Shown: in pieces, positions 11,916-25,388 of the stretch
Layout: every line of letters begins with the position of its first letter
How positions within the stretch are numbered: the first letter of the stretch is position 1
From: Folioceros fuciformis
Taxonomy: Eukaryota
Assembly (NCBI GenBank): GCA_049999805.1
Contig: JBNGIO010005928.1
Location: forward strand, 41,916-94,096
Length of the DNA stretch: 52,181 nucleotides
Direction: 5' to 3'
Notes under the pieces: model-generated
The model's database searches: none
Told to the model about the DNA's origin: nothing
Seen by the model: only the letters and a program-made list of their open reading frames with translations
Position numbers and translations under genes: made by a program

Positions 11916-14900
11916 CACCCCCTCAAACTAGCTGGTTAGGCGTTGACTGGAGACAAGCCCTGAACTTCAAATAAGCAGCCCATGTGCTGCAAAATAATGA
12001 GCTGCACAAGCTAAGGAGCCAATTGAAAACACCTATGGCGTAGCCGTGTCCATATGACAAGGGAGAACAACTGGCGATTGGAAAGATCGATAAGCTTCAT
12101 CCACCATGTTCAAATAAGTTAGTTTTGAGACGTTGATGACAGCAGAGAAGTAAAATCTCATAGGCCCAAGGATTCCATATGTTGAAAATGTTTATGCTTG
12201 GGCAGGTTCTTGGTAAGCATGTCTGCAGAATTCATGTTGGTGGATACATAAGCAATCTTTACGATACCTGTTTCAACGGATTGTCGGACATAGTGCTGCC
12301 TAATCTCAATGTGCTTGGTCCTCAAATGGAAATGAGGATTGCTGGTCATGGTAATGATGGATTTGTTATCACAGAGAATTAAAGTCGGAGAGTCCTATGT
12401 GTACGTCAATCCTTGGAGGAAGGTCCTCTCCCATGCTGCCTCCTTAGCATCATCCGTTAAAGCAGTATATTCAGCTTCAGTGGATGAAAGAGCCACAGAG
12501 GTTTGTTTCTTAGACTTCCAATTCACCGTACCATTGGATAGCATGAAGCAATAGGCTGAAATGCTTTTTCTGCTGTCTGGGTCAGATGCCCAATCGGCAT
12601 CTGCATAGTCTGTTATAGAAACATGTGGGCTGTAGTCTTGAAACCATAAGCCATAAGAGATTGTCCCCTTTAAATACCTGAAGACCCATTTGACAGCTGA
12701 CCAATGTAGAGGTCCTAGATTCTCCAAAAACTGTGATAAAGTGCTGACAGTATATTGCAAATCGGGACGGGTCCATGTACATGAGTAGTTTAGACATCCA
12801 ATGGCATGCCTAGAGGGCATATGGGACATAGCAGACTTTTCTTCAGGGGTTTGAGGAGACTGATCTGAGGTAAGTTTAGAACCAACAACACCAGGTGTGC
12901 TCATTGATCTTGCTTGGTCTATATTAAACTTACGCAAAATCTCATTGATATATTTTGTTTGATGCAGGACGAGGATGCCTTGGCTTCTATCTCTAAGCAG
13001 TTGGACACCTAGTACACAGGTAAGTTCACCTATATCCTTCATGTCGAACCTCTGATGTAACATGCTTTTTACGTACTCTAGTAGCTTATTATCATTAGAG
13101 ACTAAAATGGCATCGTCTACATATAGGGCGAGGACTATAAAGTGTGATCCCTCTTGCAATAGGTAAACGTTAGCATCAGTAGGATTATGGACAAAACCAA
13201 GACTTTTAAGGTAGTGATCTATGACTTTATAACATTCTCGGGCGCTTTGTTTTAGCCCATACAACGTTTTCTTAAGTCTACAGACCGAATCAGGGTGTTC
13301 TGGGTCCACAAAGCCTTCGGGGTGAGCCATATAAATTTCCTCATCTAGGTCTCCATATAGAAATGTTGTATTTACATCCATCTGATTAAGATCCTGATTT
13401 TGTTTAGCTGCAAGAGCTAAAAGCATCCTGATAGATTGTGTCTTCATGACAGGAGAGAAAGTTTCGTTGAAGTCGATTCCCTGTTCTTGAGAGAATCCAC
13501 GTGCCACTAGCCGGGATTTATATCTAGCTATTTCTCCAGCAGCATTCAACTTATGCTTAAATACCCATTTGCAGCTCACAGTTTTTCTGCATGCAGGTAA
13601 AGGACATAACTCCTAGGTTTTGTTTCTCATTAGCGACTGATACTCATCCTGGATGGAAGGTATCCAATGCTTTTTGTCTTTCCCTTGAATAACTTCTCGG
13701 TAGGACTGGGGTTCTAAACTGGAGTTGTGACTACAGAATAGATGGTGGGTTCTGTATCATCAGGAGGTGCAGAGTTATCTACTTGCAGTTGTGCTAGTGA
13801 ACAAGTATGAGTTCGATGAGAGGGTGGTTCAGGTGACCATCTATCGGGAGCTCGATGTTCTCTTGTGGGGTACCTACGTTCTGGCTGAGCTAGGGAATAT
13901 TCAGGAGCTGGCCTGGATACCAGCACGGGTTGTGGTGGAGGGATAGGATCACCAAATGGCTGATCTAATGTGTCCTCAAAATCTGACTCAGCTGCTAAAA
14001 GTTGCTGGTATTGTATTTTTGAGTCTGCTTGTGAAGAGGGGTCGGACATGGTATCAAACTCTTGAACATCGACTGCATCTCCAACATCTATATCACCTTG
14101 AGCAGCATCAACAGTTGCGGGATCAGCATCTGTGCCTTGAGTGGCTTTAGTATTCGGTAGCAGGCCAACATCGTCGTGACCCCCTGGTGGACCATAATCA
14201 TCAGCTGAATCTGAATCTTGAGCATCACCCTCTGCACAGTCATATGTTGGAAGACCATCTTGAGGATATGTAATAGGAAGATCATCAAAGTCACAGCGCT
14301 GGTAAGCACCCTATTGAGAATGTAGGTGGCTGTGACTACGCATTTTGCCTAGTATGCCTTGTCAAGACCACTCCATGCTAACATGCTCTTGGTCATTCCA
14401 AGCAGGGTTTGATTTCTTCTTTCCGCAACACCATTTTGTTGTTGCGTGTACGGAATGATGAGTTGCCTCAAAATGCCTTGTGACTCCAAAAGGTGATTGA
14501 AATTTGCATTTGCAAACTCAGAACCGTTGTCTGTCCGAATGCATTTCAGTAGAAGACATGTCTGTCGTTGGATCATGGAAGCCATTCACTAAACGAGGAA
14601 AAGGTGTCAGATTTGTGCTTCAACAGATATGTCTAGGAATACCTGCTGAAGTCGTCGATAATGGTAAGGTAGTACTTAGCCCCTCCAAGGGAGGGTACAT
14701 GTATCTTCCCTGAGACGTCCATGTGAACCAGGTCTAAGACTAAAGAAACACGGTGACCTACCTGTCTAGGAAAAGGTAATTCTTTATGTTTTGCTACGAT
14801 GCAGGATTCACAGAGTGCAAGGTCCTTAAAACACTTAGGGAGTGGCTCCCTGTAGCAATCAGTGTTTGCCATCTTGACAAGCTTTTTTTTGTTCATGTGC

Positions 14901-16708
14901 CCCAACCGAGCATGCCATAACTGTGCCTGAGCCCCGTGAGCCATAGCAACAACCTGTGATATAGGGAGGGGAAAACACTGAACGTTCAGCTTATACATAT
15001 CGTTTGTTAAGAGAACTTGAGCTACCACTACACTGTGACACTCATCATCTAACTCCTGTGTAGTGATGAAACAACCATCTGAGGAGAAATGAAGTTGATA
15101 TCCGAGAGTTTTGAGGAGCTGACTGACCGACAAGAGGTTTTTGGCCATGTCAGGTACGTACAAAACACTATCAAGAAATAGAAATGTGTTATCCTGCAGC
15201 TTAAAACGACAAGTACCTATTCCATGTATGGTGAGACCTGTCAATTGATGTTCATCTCCCAGCAGCACTCAATCAGGTGTGTGGGATGCAACCAAGTTAC
15301 TGAGCAGCCGTTTATCGTTGCAGATATGGGAAGTAGCACCCGAGTCAAGGTACCACGAGTTGGAGTTGTTGGCCATAGCTAAAAGGCAAACTATATAACC
15401 ACTGGTTGCTTGGAAGAGGAGCTGGATGTTAAAGATTTATCCTTGGAAATTATATGGGCCTCTGCCGACTTGTTCAGCTTTTTGGTTCGTTTAGGTTCTT
15501 CTGATTTCTTCTTTCGACATTCATGATCCCAGTGGCCTTTGATGCCACACATGTTGCAAGAGCCACCACGCTTCTGTTGATTAGGCTATGACGTTCCTGA
15601 AGCTTTGTTTTTAGCTTTAAATGGAGACTTTCCCTTAGATGCATAGAGCACTTTGTCTGCTCTGGTCTTTCCTGAAGAACCATGAACTTCCCGCCCTTGT
15701 TCCTCTTGAAAAAGGGCACCCACCACATCTATGAAGGAGATTGGTGAAGGGTTGCCAGCGGCTACAACAACACTCGCTGCCCTTAAGGAAACACCTTGTC
15801 CGGACATGAATGTCTGATAGTTGGGAGGGAGACTCATGAAAAGTTGTGCAATGGCATCCAACTCTGACATGGTTGAGCCAAGTGCTTTAAGTTGGGCACG
15901 CAGGTGCCGAAATCTACCCGCAAACATAGGGGCTCGTTCTCCTTCCTTCATGCGCAAGCCGAAAAATTCACTCCTCACCACACAAAAGGTATGGATGTTC
16001 TGCACTGCGTAGGTTTGGGAAAGTTGATCCCAGATTTCTTTGGCATCAGTCAGGTATTCCACATTCGGGATTAGAATCTCGTCAAGGCCGCTAATGATAA
16101 GTGCTCTAGCGACATTGTTATGATTATTCCATTTGAGCTGAACAGCAGTTGGCTGAGGAGCAGGTGCGCAGGGCACTACCGGCACTACAGAAGGAGCAGG
16201 GTTGGGGTAGGAGCCATCCACTACAGGCCAGACGTTTCGTGCCTTGAGGCTTGATCTCATCCGAACCCTCCAAACCTCAAATTTTGAGCTATTGAATCTA
16301 CCACGTTCTTTAAACTCATATGTGTAAGCTGGCTGTGGAATTGTGCCAGGAGGAGGAGGCGGTGGAGGAAGCGCTGCCATACTAGCTGTGCGGGGAGCAA
16401 AAGGTCAGCGCAGAAGAAATTATGAAGAAGAAATGGTGAGACACCAGTGCAAGCAAGCACGGAGGGACGTAGTGGACCTACTCCTAGGTGGCAGCCAGGA
16501 ACGTGTCTCCTAGAAAAAGGGCGTCGTTCCAAAGCTGACATTTGGATTCCAGGGTGAAGTTCCGGATCCAGCTCCTTGGATAGGCGCGACCTAAAGCGCC
16601 ACCATCCGCAGAGCGCACCCCCTGCAATTTGCGAACACGGGACGGCAATGGCGGTGATGATGCCTTTCATAATCTCGAGCAAAAGCTCGATGATCCCAGC
16701 CTTGATCC

Positions 16709-17131
16709 TCAGAAAGTGACCTTAGGTTGGAGCAGCATCATTCGCTCTATCATTGAGGCAAGTTTCCTTTGTTGAATTGCAAGATTATTGATTCTCGCCT
16801 CCAAACTTCCCAGATCCTTGACTCTCAATAGTGCGCAATCTTGGATTCTTATGGGCTGCAAATCTCGTTGCAGGTTCGATTGCCTGCACTACGATTCTGA
16901 GCAACAACAGGTAGGGATGGTTCTTTCAAGATTTGCACCTTGGTCAGTTGGAAATGAATTTGTGGGCTGATCCCGCCTTGATGTATGTTTTGTAGCATAA
17001 ATGGGATTTGCAGATGCACTCCTATTTGCCACTGGTGTCCGATAAAAGTAAGCAGCGTTCCTCTTGGTTTCCCCGGGAAATTGCTGGCTTGGGAAAGAAG
17101 AACTCCAGGTGTGCTGCTTACGTCTTGGCAT
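16709..17131 (-). pseudogene. Additional ORF upstream of gag in Copia A (~140 codons, one internal TAG at 16889-16891)
   Basis: MPRRKQH...ES*CRQSNLQRDLQ...LGSLEARINNLAIQQRKLASMIERMM; shares motifs with the equivalent ORF in Copia B. Confidence 0.5.
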
Positions 17132-17206
17132 GGTTGCTCACTCAAGAAAGGCTCTAGATTTCAACATGAGGCAGGCAGCGGAAGTGAGGTACCTGCTCTG
17201 ATACCA

Positions 17207-17408
17207 TCTCACGGTTTAGAGCTAAGGACATGCCTCACGTTGAGTGCAAATGGACATGAGGGCAGGAACACGGGAGAGCACATAAGCGGCTTCGGAAGAG
17301 AATATCTTAGTGTTAAGGTTTAGGAAAACGTGATGAACAAAATTGTCTGTGTGTGTGACGGTTCATCCAAGGGACACCTAACTACGCTAGGTTAACAATC
17401 GCCTAACA
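17207..17408 (-). repeat. 5' LTR of Copia A
   Basis: Flanked by PBS and TSD. Confidence 0.95.
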
Positions 17409-20400
17409 ATCTGTCCTGCAATAGGTCATGGATTGGGTTTGTAATAGGGTTGGTAGTTCATCAGCCCTAGGCTCTGCATATGTTTTTGATGCTTATCTCT
17501 AGGTAGGGCCTTGGTCAAGATGTCTGCTGTATTGTCCTCAGCAGGAACATAGAGGATTTTAATTAGGCTCCTCTCAGTAGCATCTTTGACATAGTGGTGA
17601 TGAACTTCAATGTGTTTCGTCCGAGCGTGGAAGCAGGGATTGGCAACAAGAGCAATGGCAGATTGATTATCGCAATACAGGTGAGTAGGACCTAGTTGTG
17701 TCTGCCCAAGATCATGTAAGAATGACAACTTCCATTCCACCTCTTTCGTAGCATCCGTCAAGGATTTATATTCGGCTGCCTTTGTGCTGGACAAGGCAAT
17801 ACTCGTCTACTTTTTACAGCTCCAATTGATGGTGGCCTGTGCTAGAAGGAAAACATATGTGGAGAGACTCTTACATGAGTCACTATCTGAGGCCGAGTCT
17901 GCATCCGTGTACCCCTCAAGCACAAGGTGAGACTGTCCTTCACGTTTATAGCACAAACCAAAATAATGTGTGCCTTTAAGATAGTGGAAGACTCTTTTCA
18001 CAGTTGTCCACTAGGCACGTCCTGGATTATTAAGGAATTGTGAGACGGTATTAACCAAGTGCTGAACATTTGGTCTTGTCCAGTTGGTGACGAAGATCAG
18101 GCTACCAACAGCCTGACGATATGGCACATCAAGCATGTCTTGCTTATCAGCATCTATCACAGGAGACTCGTATCTTGTGAGTTTCGTGCCTGCAGCACCT
18201 AAAGTAGTAGCTGGATGAGTCTATGCCATGTTAAACCTGTGTAAAATCTCTGCTATGCTTGTGTAACACCTTAACAAGGTCTTCATATGTGATAGGATGG
18301 TAGGGTTACTGGCTGCAAGGATTACATCATCGACATAAAGTGCAAGGATAACATAGGCAGATCCATCGTGAAACATATTAACATTCGAGTCAGCTTTGCA
18401 TTGTGTGAAACCTAGAGACTTCAAGGCAGTATCACACCTTTTGTACCAGCGTTCTGCACTCTAATTTAATCCATACAGGCATTTGATTAATTGGCAGACG
18501 TGATCAGGGTGTTCAAGGTCAATATAACCTTCTAGCTACTCCATGTACAATTCTTCCTCAAGAATACCATGGAGAAAAGCCGTGCAAACATCCATCTGCT
18601 GCAATTCCAGGTCATACTCCGTAGCAAGGGCCAAAATAATCTGGATGGATTGAGCACGTACAATTGGAGAAAAGGTTTCTTGGTAATCTAATCCAGCAAC
18701 CTAGGTAAATCCTCTTGCACACAGCCTGGCTTTGTAACGCGCTATGTGCTTTTGTGCATTAAGTTTATGCTTAAACACCCACTTACAGGTGATAGCTTTC
18801 CTGGTTGCAAGCCTAGGAACCAAACACCAAGTACCATTCTCAATACAGCTGTTGTATTCGTCATCAATAGCAAATTTCCATTTTTGCTTGTCTGGTCTAG
18901 TGAGAGCTTTTGTAAGAGAAGTTGGCTCTAGAGGCAAGTCTCGAGGAGAGGAAACTGCTGAGGCAGCATGATGTCTGAAATCAATACTAGAATATGGAGG
19001 TTCACTCCACTAGGAAGGGGGAGGTATGTGTCTTGTAGAGCGATGTGGGCTAGTATCCTCAGCATCGTTCTGAGTTGGTTCAACTACGACTAGATCGGGC
19101 TAAGGTAGCTCATCGATCGCATCAGGTATGTCATCTATCACTTGTGCATCAGGATTGTCTATAAATCCCAAGTCGTCCTCTAGATTTCCAGCATCCTGTT
19201 CAACTGGATCAGAATCCAAATCGTTCAAGTCTGCTTCAGGTGCCAAGGGATCTGGCAGGTTATCAACACTGCCATCAGCAGCAAGGCCTAGATTGACAAG
19301 ATCTGGTCCTGGATTGTTTGCTGGAATATTGTGGGCAATGCCATCAACATCCAAGGGATACAAAGACAAAAGGCCAAGTGGGTTCTCTAGAACTGTGTCA
19401 TCAAAATCGTCAGGCTACTCAAAAGGGTCATATGGTTCATCTCTCGACAGGGCAAACTGTAAGGGTTCCAAAAATGTGACACTTCTAGCAAGGATAGGTT
19501 GCTTGGAAATTGGATCAATCAGCTTGTACGCCTTCACTATTTCACTATAACTCACAAAAATAAGGCGCTTTGAGCGATTGTCTAACTTTCGTCATTTGTC
19601 TGCAGGTATATAAGCATAGGCCTTAGAGCCAAAATTCCGAAGATGAAGGAGGCTAGGCTTACGTTTCCAGAACAGCTCGAACGGTGTTGTGTTAGGGACA
19701 AGGGAGCTGGTGGGCAACCTGTTCAATATATAAGTTGAGGTGACCACTGCTTCTGCCCAGTAAGGAGATGGGAGGCCTGACCACAGCTCATTAAGGTTTG
19801 ATTTTTCCTTTCAGCAACACAATTTTGTTGTTGTGTATAAGGCTCGATTAACTGGTGGATGATTCCTTGTGTGGTGAAGAGGGTTTCGAAGGACTGATTC
19901 ATGAATTCTGTGCCATTGTCAGATCTAAAGATCTTGAGGAGACAACTTGTTTGGCGCTGCACCATGGCCAGCCAGGTTTGGAACAGAGGGAAAGTCTCAT
20001 TTTCCTCTTCATGGGGAACGTCCATGTATACCTTGTGTAATCGTCTGTAATGGTGAAGTAATAGTTTGCCCCTCCAAGTAAAGAAACCTGAAGGCGGCCA
20101 GATATATCAGCGTGCACCAGTTCTAGGGGTTGGGAAGATTTGTGAGCTGGTTGGGAAGGGTTTCTCCTTCTGCTTAGCAAGGGTACATGTCTTAGAAAGA
20201 GGAAGTGCCTTTAGGTGAATAGGAAGGGGCTCACGATAGCAGTCACTGTTGCTGAGGGATGCTAAAGCTTTGCAATTCAAATGGCCAATTTGTGCATGCT
20301 AGAGTATGGACTGCTGTTTGGCAGAGAGATTTCCTGCACTTGTAGAGTGGGCTTGATGCTTTCCTCCAACAAGGCAGGTGAAGTCAAGTTGGTAAAGGTC

Positions 20401-21942
20401 ATGTTCAGGTAAAGCCTTGAACACACATACGGAGGGTGAGTCCTTTCTTAAGAAGCAACAGGAGCCTTCTTCAACTATCAGCTGGAAGCTTCTAAGCTTG
20501 AGCAGTCTACTTAGTGACAGCAGGTTTTTGGCCATACTAGGCACATATAAAACCTCTATCATAGTTAGGGTATACCCATCACTAAGCTTGAACGTATAGG
20601 CTAATGTCCTGATATCTGCAGGCTAGTGGTATTACGTTCATCACCTAAGTACACTCTGTCTATACTAGAAGAGGGAGTTAGGGATGTGAAAAGGGACTCA
20701 TCCCTGCATATATGGGCTGTAGCCCTAGAATCCAGGTACCAGGCTGCTTCATCACCTATTAAGGTAGACAGGCAGATTGTTAGGATTTTAACTACTGGCT
20801 TGTTGGAATCTACAGGCTTGTCACGGACAACAGCGCTGGCAGTAGGGCGGGAAGGCTTGTGTGGCTCCCCAGCTTTCATTTTCCTACAATCATTAGCCCA
20901 TTGCCCAGGTTTGCCGCACCGTTTGCAATTTCCAGTGCGTTTTGTGGAAGGTCCTGCATCATTGCGTTGGCCTTCATTTCTGTTTCCCTAATATGAAGAC
21001 TACATCCACATCTTGTCTTTCTATGCCCCTCTTCCACGGAAAGCGGCTAGAACTCTATCAGCTTTGGATTTTCTAGACCCTAACATGAGCCTGCTCTGCT
21101 CTTTCTAGAAGAGTGCACCTACCACCTCGTCTAAGGTGATAGTGACTTGTCTCCCTGCAGCACCGGCAGCCATAGCCTGTCGGATGGGGACATTATGTGC
21201 AGATACAAAACTCTAGTAACTGGGTGGCAGGTTGGTGAGTAGCTGAGCAATCACGTCCACCTCATCCATCACAGTGCCGAGAGAGGTAAGTTGGGCTCGA
21301 AGGTGTCTAAGTTTGCTGGTGTGAGCAAGAACTTTGTCTCCTTCTCGCATTTTCAGTCCATAAAACTCTCTGCATAATGCATAGAGTGTAAGGACATTAC
21401 TAACCTTATACTAGCTCTCTAATTGTGACCAGATCTCACTGGCCTTAGTTAGGAATTCTATAGGAGGAATGAGATCTTCAGTCACGCCAGAGACAAGAAG
21501 GGCTATGCCTATGCTGTTTGCATGATCCCATCTATCCCTTTCTCCCTTAAGGGCACTAGGAGTAGGTTTAGGGATAGAGCCATCTACAATGCCCCAAACT
21601 CCTCTAGCCAATAACGTCGACTTCATCCGCACTCTCCACACCTCATATTTCTGACCAGTAAATCTGTCCTTCTCTTTTAACTCATATGTAAAGACAAGAT
21701 TGTATGCGCCATGAGGGAAAGGTGGGGGAGGAGGAGTTGTTGACATGTTGACCCCATTTTCTTTTTAGGTTTTTGTGTCTGTGCAAGATTTGCAGGTGTG
21801 AAGAAGCAAACGTGCAGAGAGACACAAAAACCAAGAGGTTACACAAAACGAAACCTACATGTCAAAATGATATTATGAAGAGGTGAATATATGAACCCTA
21901 ACTTTGATATGCCCTTTCACATGAATAGGAACCCTAACTGTG

Positions 21943-22365
21943 TTATCCCGATTTTTTAGGAGGTGGAAGGAGGGTTAGGAGAAACATCTTGACATCAGGT
22001 TGCACCAGAGAGATTGACATGTATGGAGGAATCGCTGGATGTTTGTGTAAAAGTTCTTTGAATAGCAGTTCTAGGTGCCCATTAATCTCAGTAGAGATTG
22101 AGTCAATTTTACTAATTGCCCTTGAATTTTGCGCCAGGAATTGTTGACCCTATATGGCCAAGACCTGTAATAGGGTATCCTCTAGATTGTTTATGCGCTC
22201 AAGAAGGTATTTATGAGCATCATGTGTCTTTGGTATTTGTGAAGAATCAATATCCGGAGTAACATCCAAGTTGACATGCTGAGCAGCCAAATTGGACTGA
22301 TTGCTGTGCTTGTTCTGTGTAGGTGGGGCCACGCGCCTAGAGTGACCTCGCCTCCATGAAGGCAT
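21943..22365 (-). pseudogene. Additional ORF upstream of gag in Copia B (~140 codons, one internal TAG at 22150-22152)
   Basis: MPSWRRGH...NQSNLAAQ...YLLERINNLEDTLLQVLAI*GQQFLAQNSRAISKIDSISTEI... Confidence 0.5.
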
Positions 22366-22660
22366 GTCTAGAGATTAGGAATTTAGATTGTATATTCATA
22401 ATATCTCAGAATTTTGTAACGGAGAATTGTGTGCAGTAAGGGCAATGTGGGCTTGAGCAGACTTTCATAATTATCAAAGAATAATTATGTGAATTTGCTA
22501 AAGTCCCTATTGTTCTTCCTCTACATCAATTGTCAATCTGTACTTAATAAAATCATTGATTAATTATTAATTATAATTAATTTTGCATAGATTCCCATAT
22601 GCTTTTTCTACGCGGAAGAATTAAGTAGGATCTATACCTTCAAACATAACTCTCATACCA

Positions 22661-23007
22661 TGTCGGAAATGGTACAGCATTAGAAAAGAGCATAAGGAAA
22701 ACAAAACATATATTATGAGCATAAGGAAAACAAAACATATATTATGAATATGAGGAAAAACATATATTATGAGCATAAGGAAAACAAAACATATATTATG
22801 AATATGAGGAAATGGTAGAGCATTAGAAAAGAGCATAAGGAAAACAAAACATATATTATGAATATAAGAAAATTATAAAAAGAGTCGTGTAAGTGAGTAT
22901 AAGTCTATCTACTAGGCTAGTCACCCCTTCACTAACTAACCCTAATATAAAATAACCATAACTAACCCAAGTAGTTAACCCTAAGCGAGTGAGGTTACTC
23001 GCCAACA
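22661..23007 (-). repeat. 5' LTR of Copia B (~347 bp, with internal tandem expansion)
   Basis: TG...CA ends, abuts the PBS, and carries several copies of gagcataaggaaaacaaaacatatattatg. Confidence 0.85.
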
Positions 23008-23389
23008 TGTTGAGGCTAGACTTCTCATTGTCTACCTCTCTCTCTCTCTCTCTATGTATATCCTTAAGGTCTTAGTGCTAGCCTATTTATACTCCATAGC
23101 TAAGCCATTGCTAAAGCTGGGAATGATGCACACCACTCATTTTAGAATATTAGTAGTCATTACAGGAGGTTTTGCCTAGAACACATCTGGTTTCCTATCC
23201 AAAGGCAACAAGAAGTCTATTTGCTTTTTCATCAAGATAATTCTAGATTTAATTTTTATTTTTCTACTTTTAACTTTCATATTATTTTATTTGTGCTATT
23301 ACTTTTCACTTGTGCCATTACTAGTGGTCTTATTTTGTCAAGTGCTCAATTCCAAAATTGGAAAAAATTCTTTCACTCAGAAACAAGAC

Positions 23390-23503
23390 TATTTAGATAT
23401 TTATATACCAGGTACCGTATTTAGATGTTTATATACCAGGTATCATATTTGGATGTTTATATTCCAGGTACCGTATTTAGATGTTTATAGCAGGTACCGT
23501 ATA
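23390..23503. repeat. 28-bp tandem repeat x4 upstream of RPS5
   Basis: Unit tatttagatgtttatataccaggtaccg. Confidence 0.9.
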
Positions 23504-23686
23504 TAGTAAGCCAGGCAAAATAGGGTTGCCGGTCGTGGAACCTTACTGCGCTGGTGAGAATAAGTAGAGGGCTTCATATACATCTAGGTGTCCAACCCCT
23601 AATTCTTTTTCGTGACGGCGCCTTCGTGAGGTGCGCTCCACATCGCGGTTGTCGAGTGCAAGACGGTCGAGGTCTTAGGCATAGCC

Positions 23687-24668
<982 letters not shown>

Positions 24669-25388
24669 GAAACTTTAGGACAAAACGCGGCTGTCATTTT
24701 AAATGTCAAGCGGGCTTCTGAATGTGTCTCTGAGGGGCTGTCCTCCTGGAGTATACTCAGTTTTGGTATAAGATCGGGGAATTCCCCTACGATTCCTGTA
24801 TATCTTTTTCAGCCAAACCATATGTTCTCGTGCGTGGTCGGTGGTTTCTAGTTCGAGATACAAAACTGGATGGAGCTTCCTATCCACATTTTAAACACAC
24901 CCAAAGCCCGTGCCCACATAGTTGCCCACGTATGGCCACGAATACCAGCTGCCGTCGCGCAACTTCGCGTCTTGAAGCGTTAATTTGGGGCCAAACCGCT
25001 CTGTCATCCATGTTCCTAAAGATCGTCTCACTACGCTCACTTCCCCACAATGTTCCTGACCGTCTTCAACCCGGTTGTGACGGCATTCGAACTTTGTCAC
25101 CACCTTCTCTTGTCTGCCTTCACTAGACGGACAATCGTAATCACATTTAAAAGTAACACAGCACGTCTTAGTTTCCAGACTGACTATCCCGGGGTGAAGC
25201 CTATGGTTCCTCAAAGAGGCTAGAGGAGCTTCTCCCACGAAGACAAGATTACAAGAGATGGTAATGGGTAGAACAACAAGAACACAATCAGAACCATCAT
25301 CCCCTAGATGGCCTTCTGTCAACAACACCACTCCATCACTCTGCAAAGAATACATGATATATAAGTTGGCAACTCTGGTAGTAGGTAA

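Larger units (their letters stand above)
11714..17408 (-). mobile_element. Ty1/Copia LTR retrotransposon A (both LTRs present, degenerate), nested in B
   Basis: 202-bp LTRs at 11714-11915 and 17207-17408 with ~10 mismatches by hand count. TSD ATCTG at 11709-11713 and 17409-17413. Perfect PBS TGGTATCAGAGC at 17195-17206; PPT TGAGGGGGTG at 11916-11925. Coding: gag 16380-15586, protease (WYLDSGATSH), GAG-pre-integrase (LWHARLGH), integrase, RT 13579-12395 (LYVDD; YADADWA), RNase H (RTKHIEIR). Confidence 0.95.
10777..23007 (-). mobile_element. Ty1/Copia LTR retrotransposon B (host element, degenerate), interrupted by Copia A
   Basis: 3' LTR 10777-10982 and 5' LTR 22661-23007 are homologous. A degenerate tRNA-iMet PBS (TGGTATGAGAGT) is at 22649-22660 and a PPT (TTAAGAGAGGG) at 10983-10993. 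Coding order is gag 21746, zinc knuckle, protease (WYLDSRATAH), integrase (LELVHADISG; DNGTEF; QQNCVAERKN), RT (KWVFKHK; ALYVDD), RNase H to 17426, with many stops. No matching TSD was found. Confidence 0.9.
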
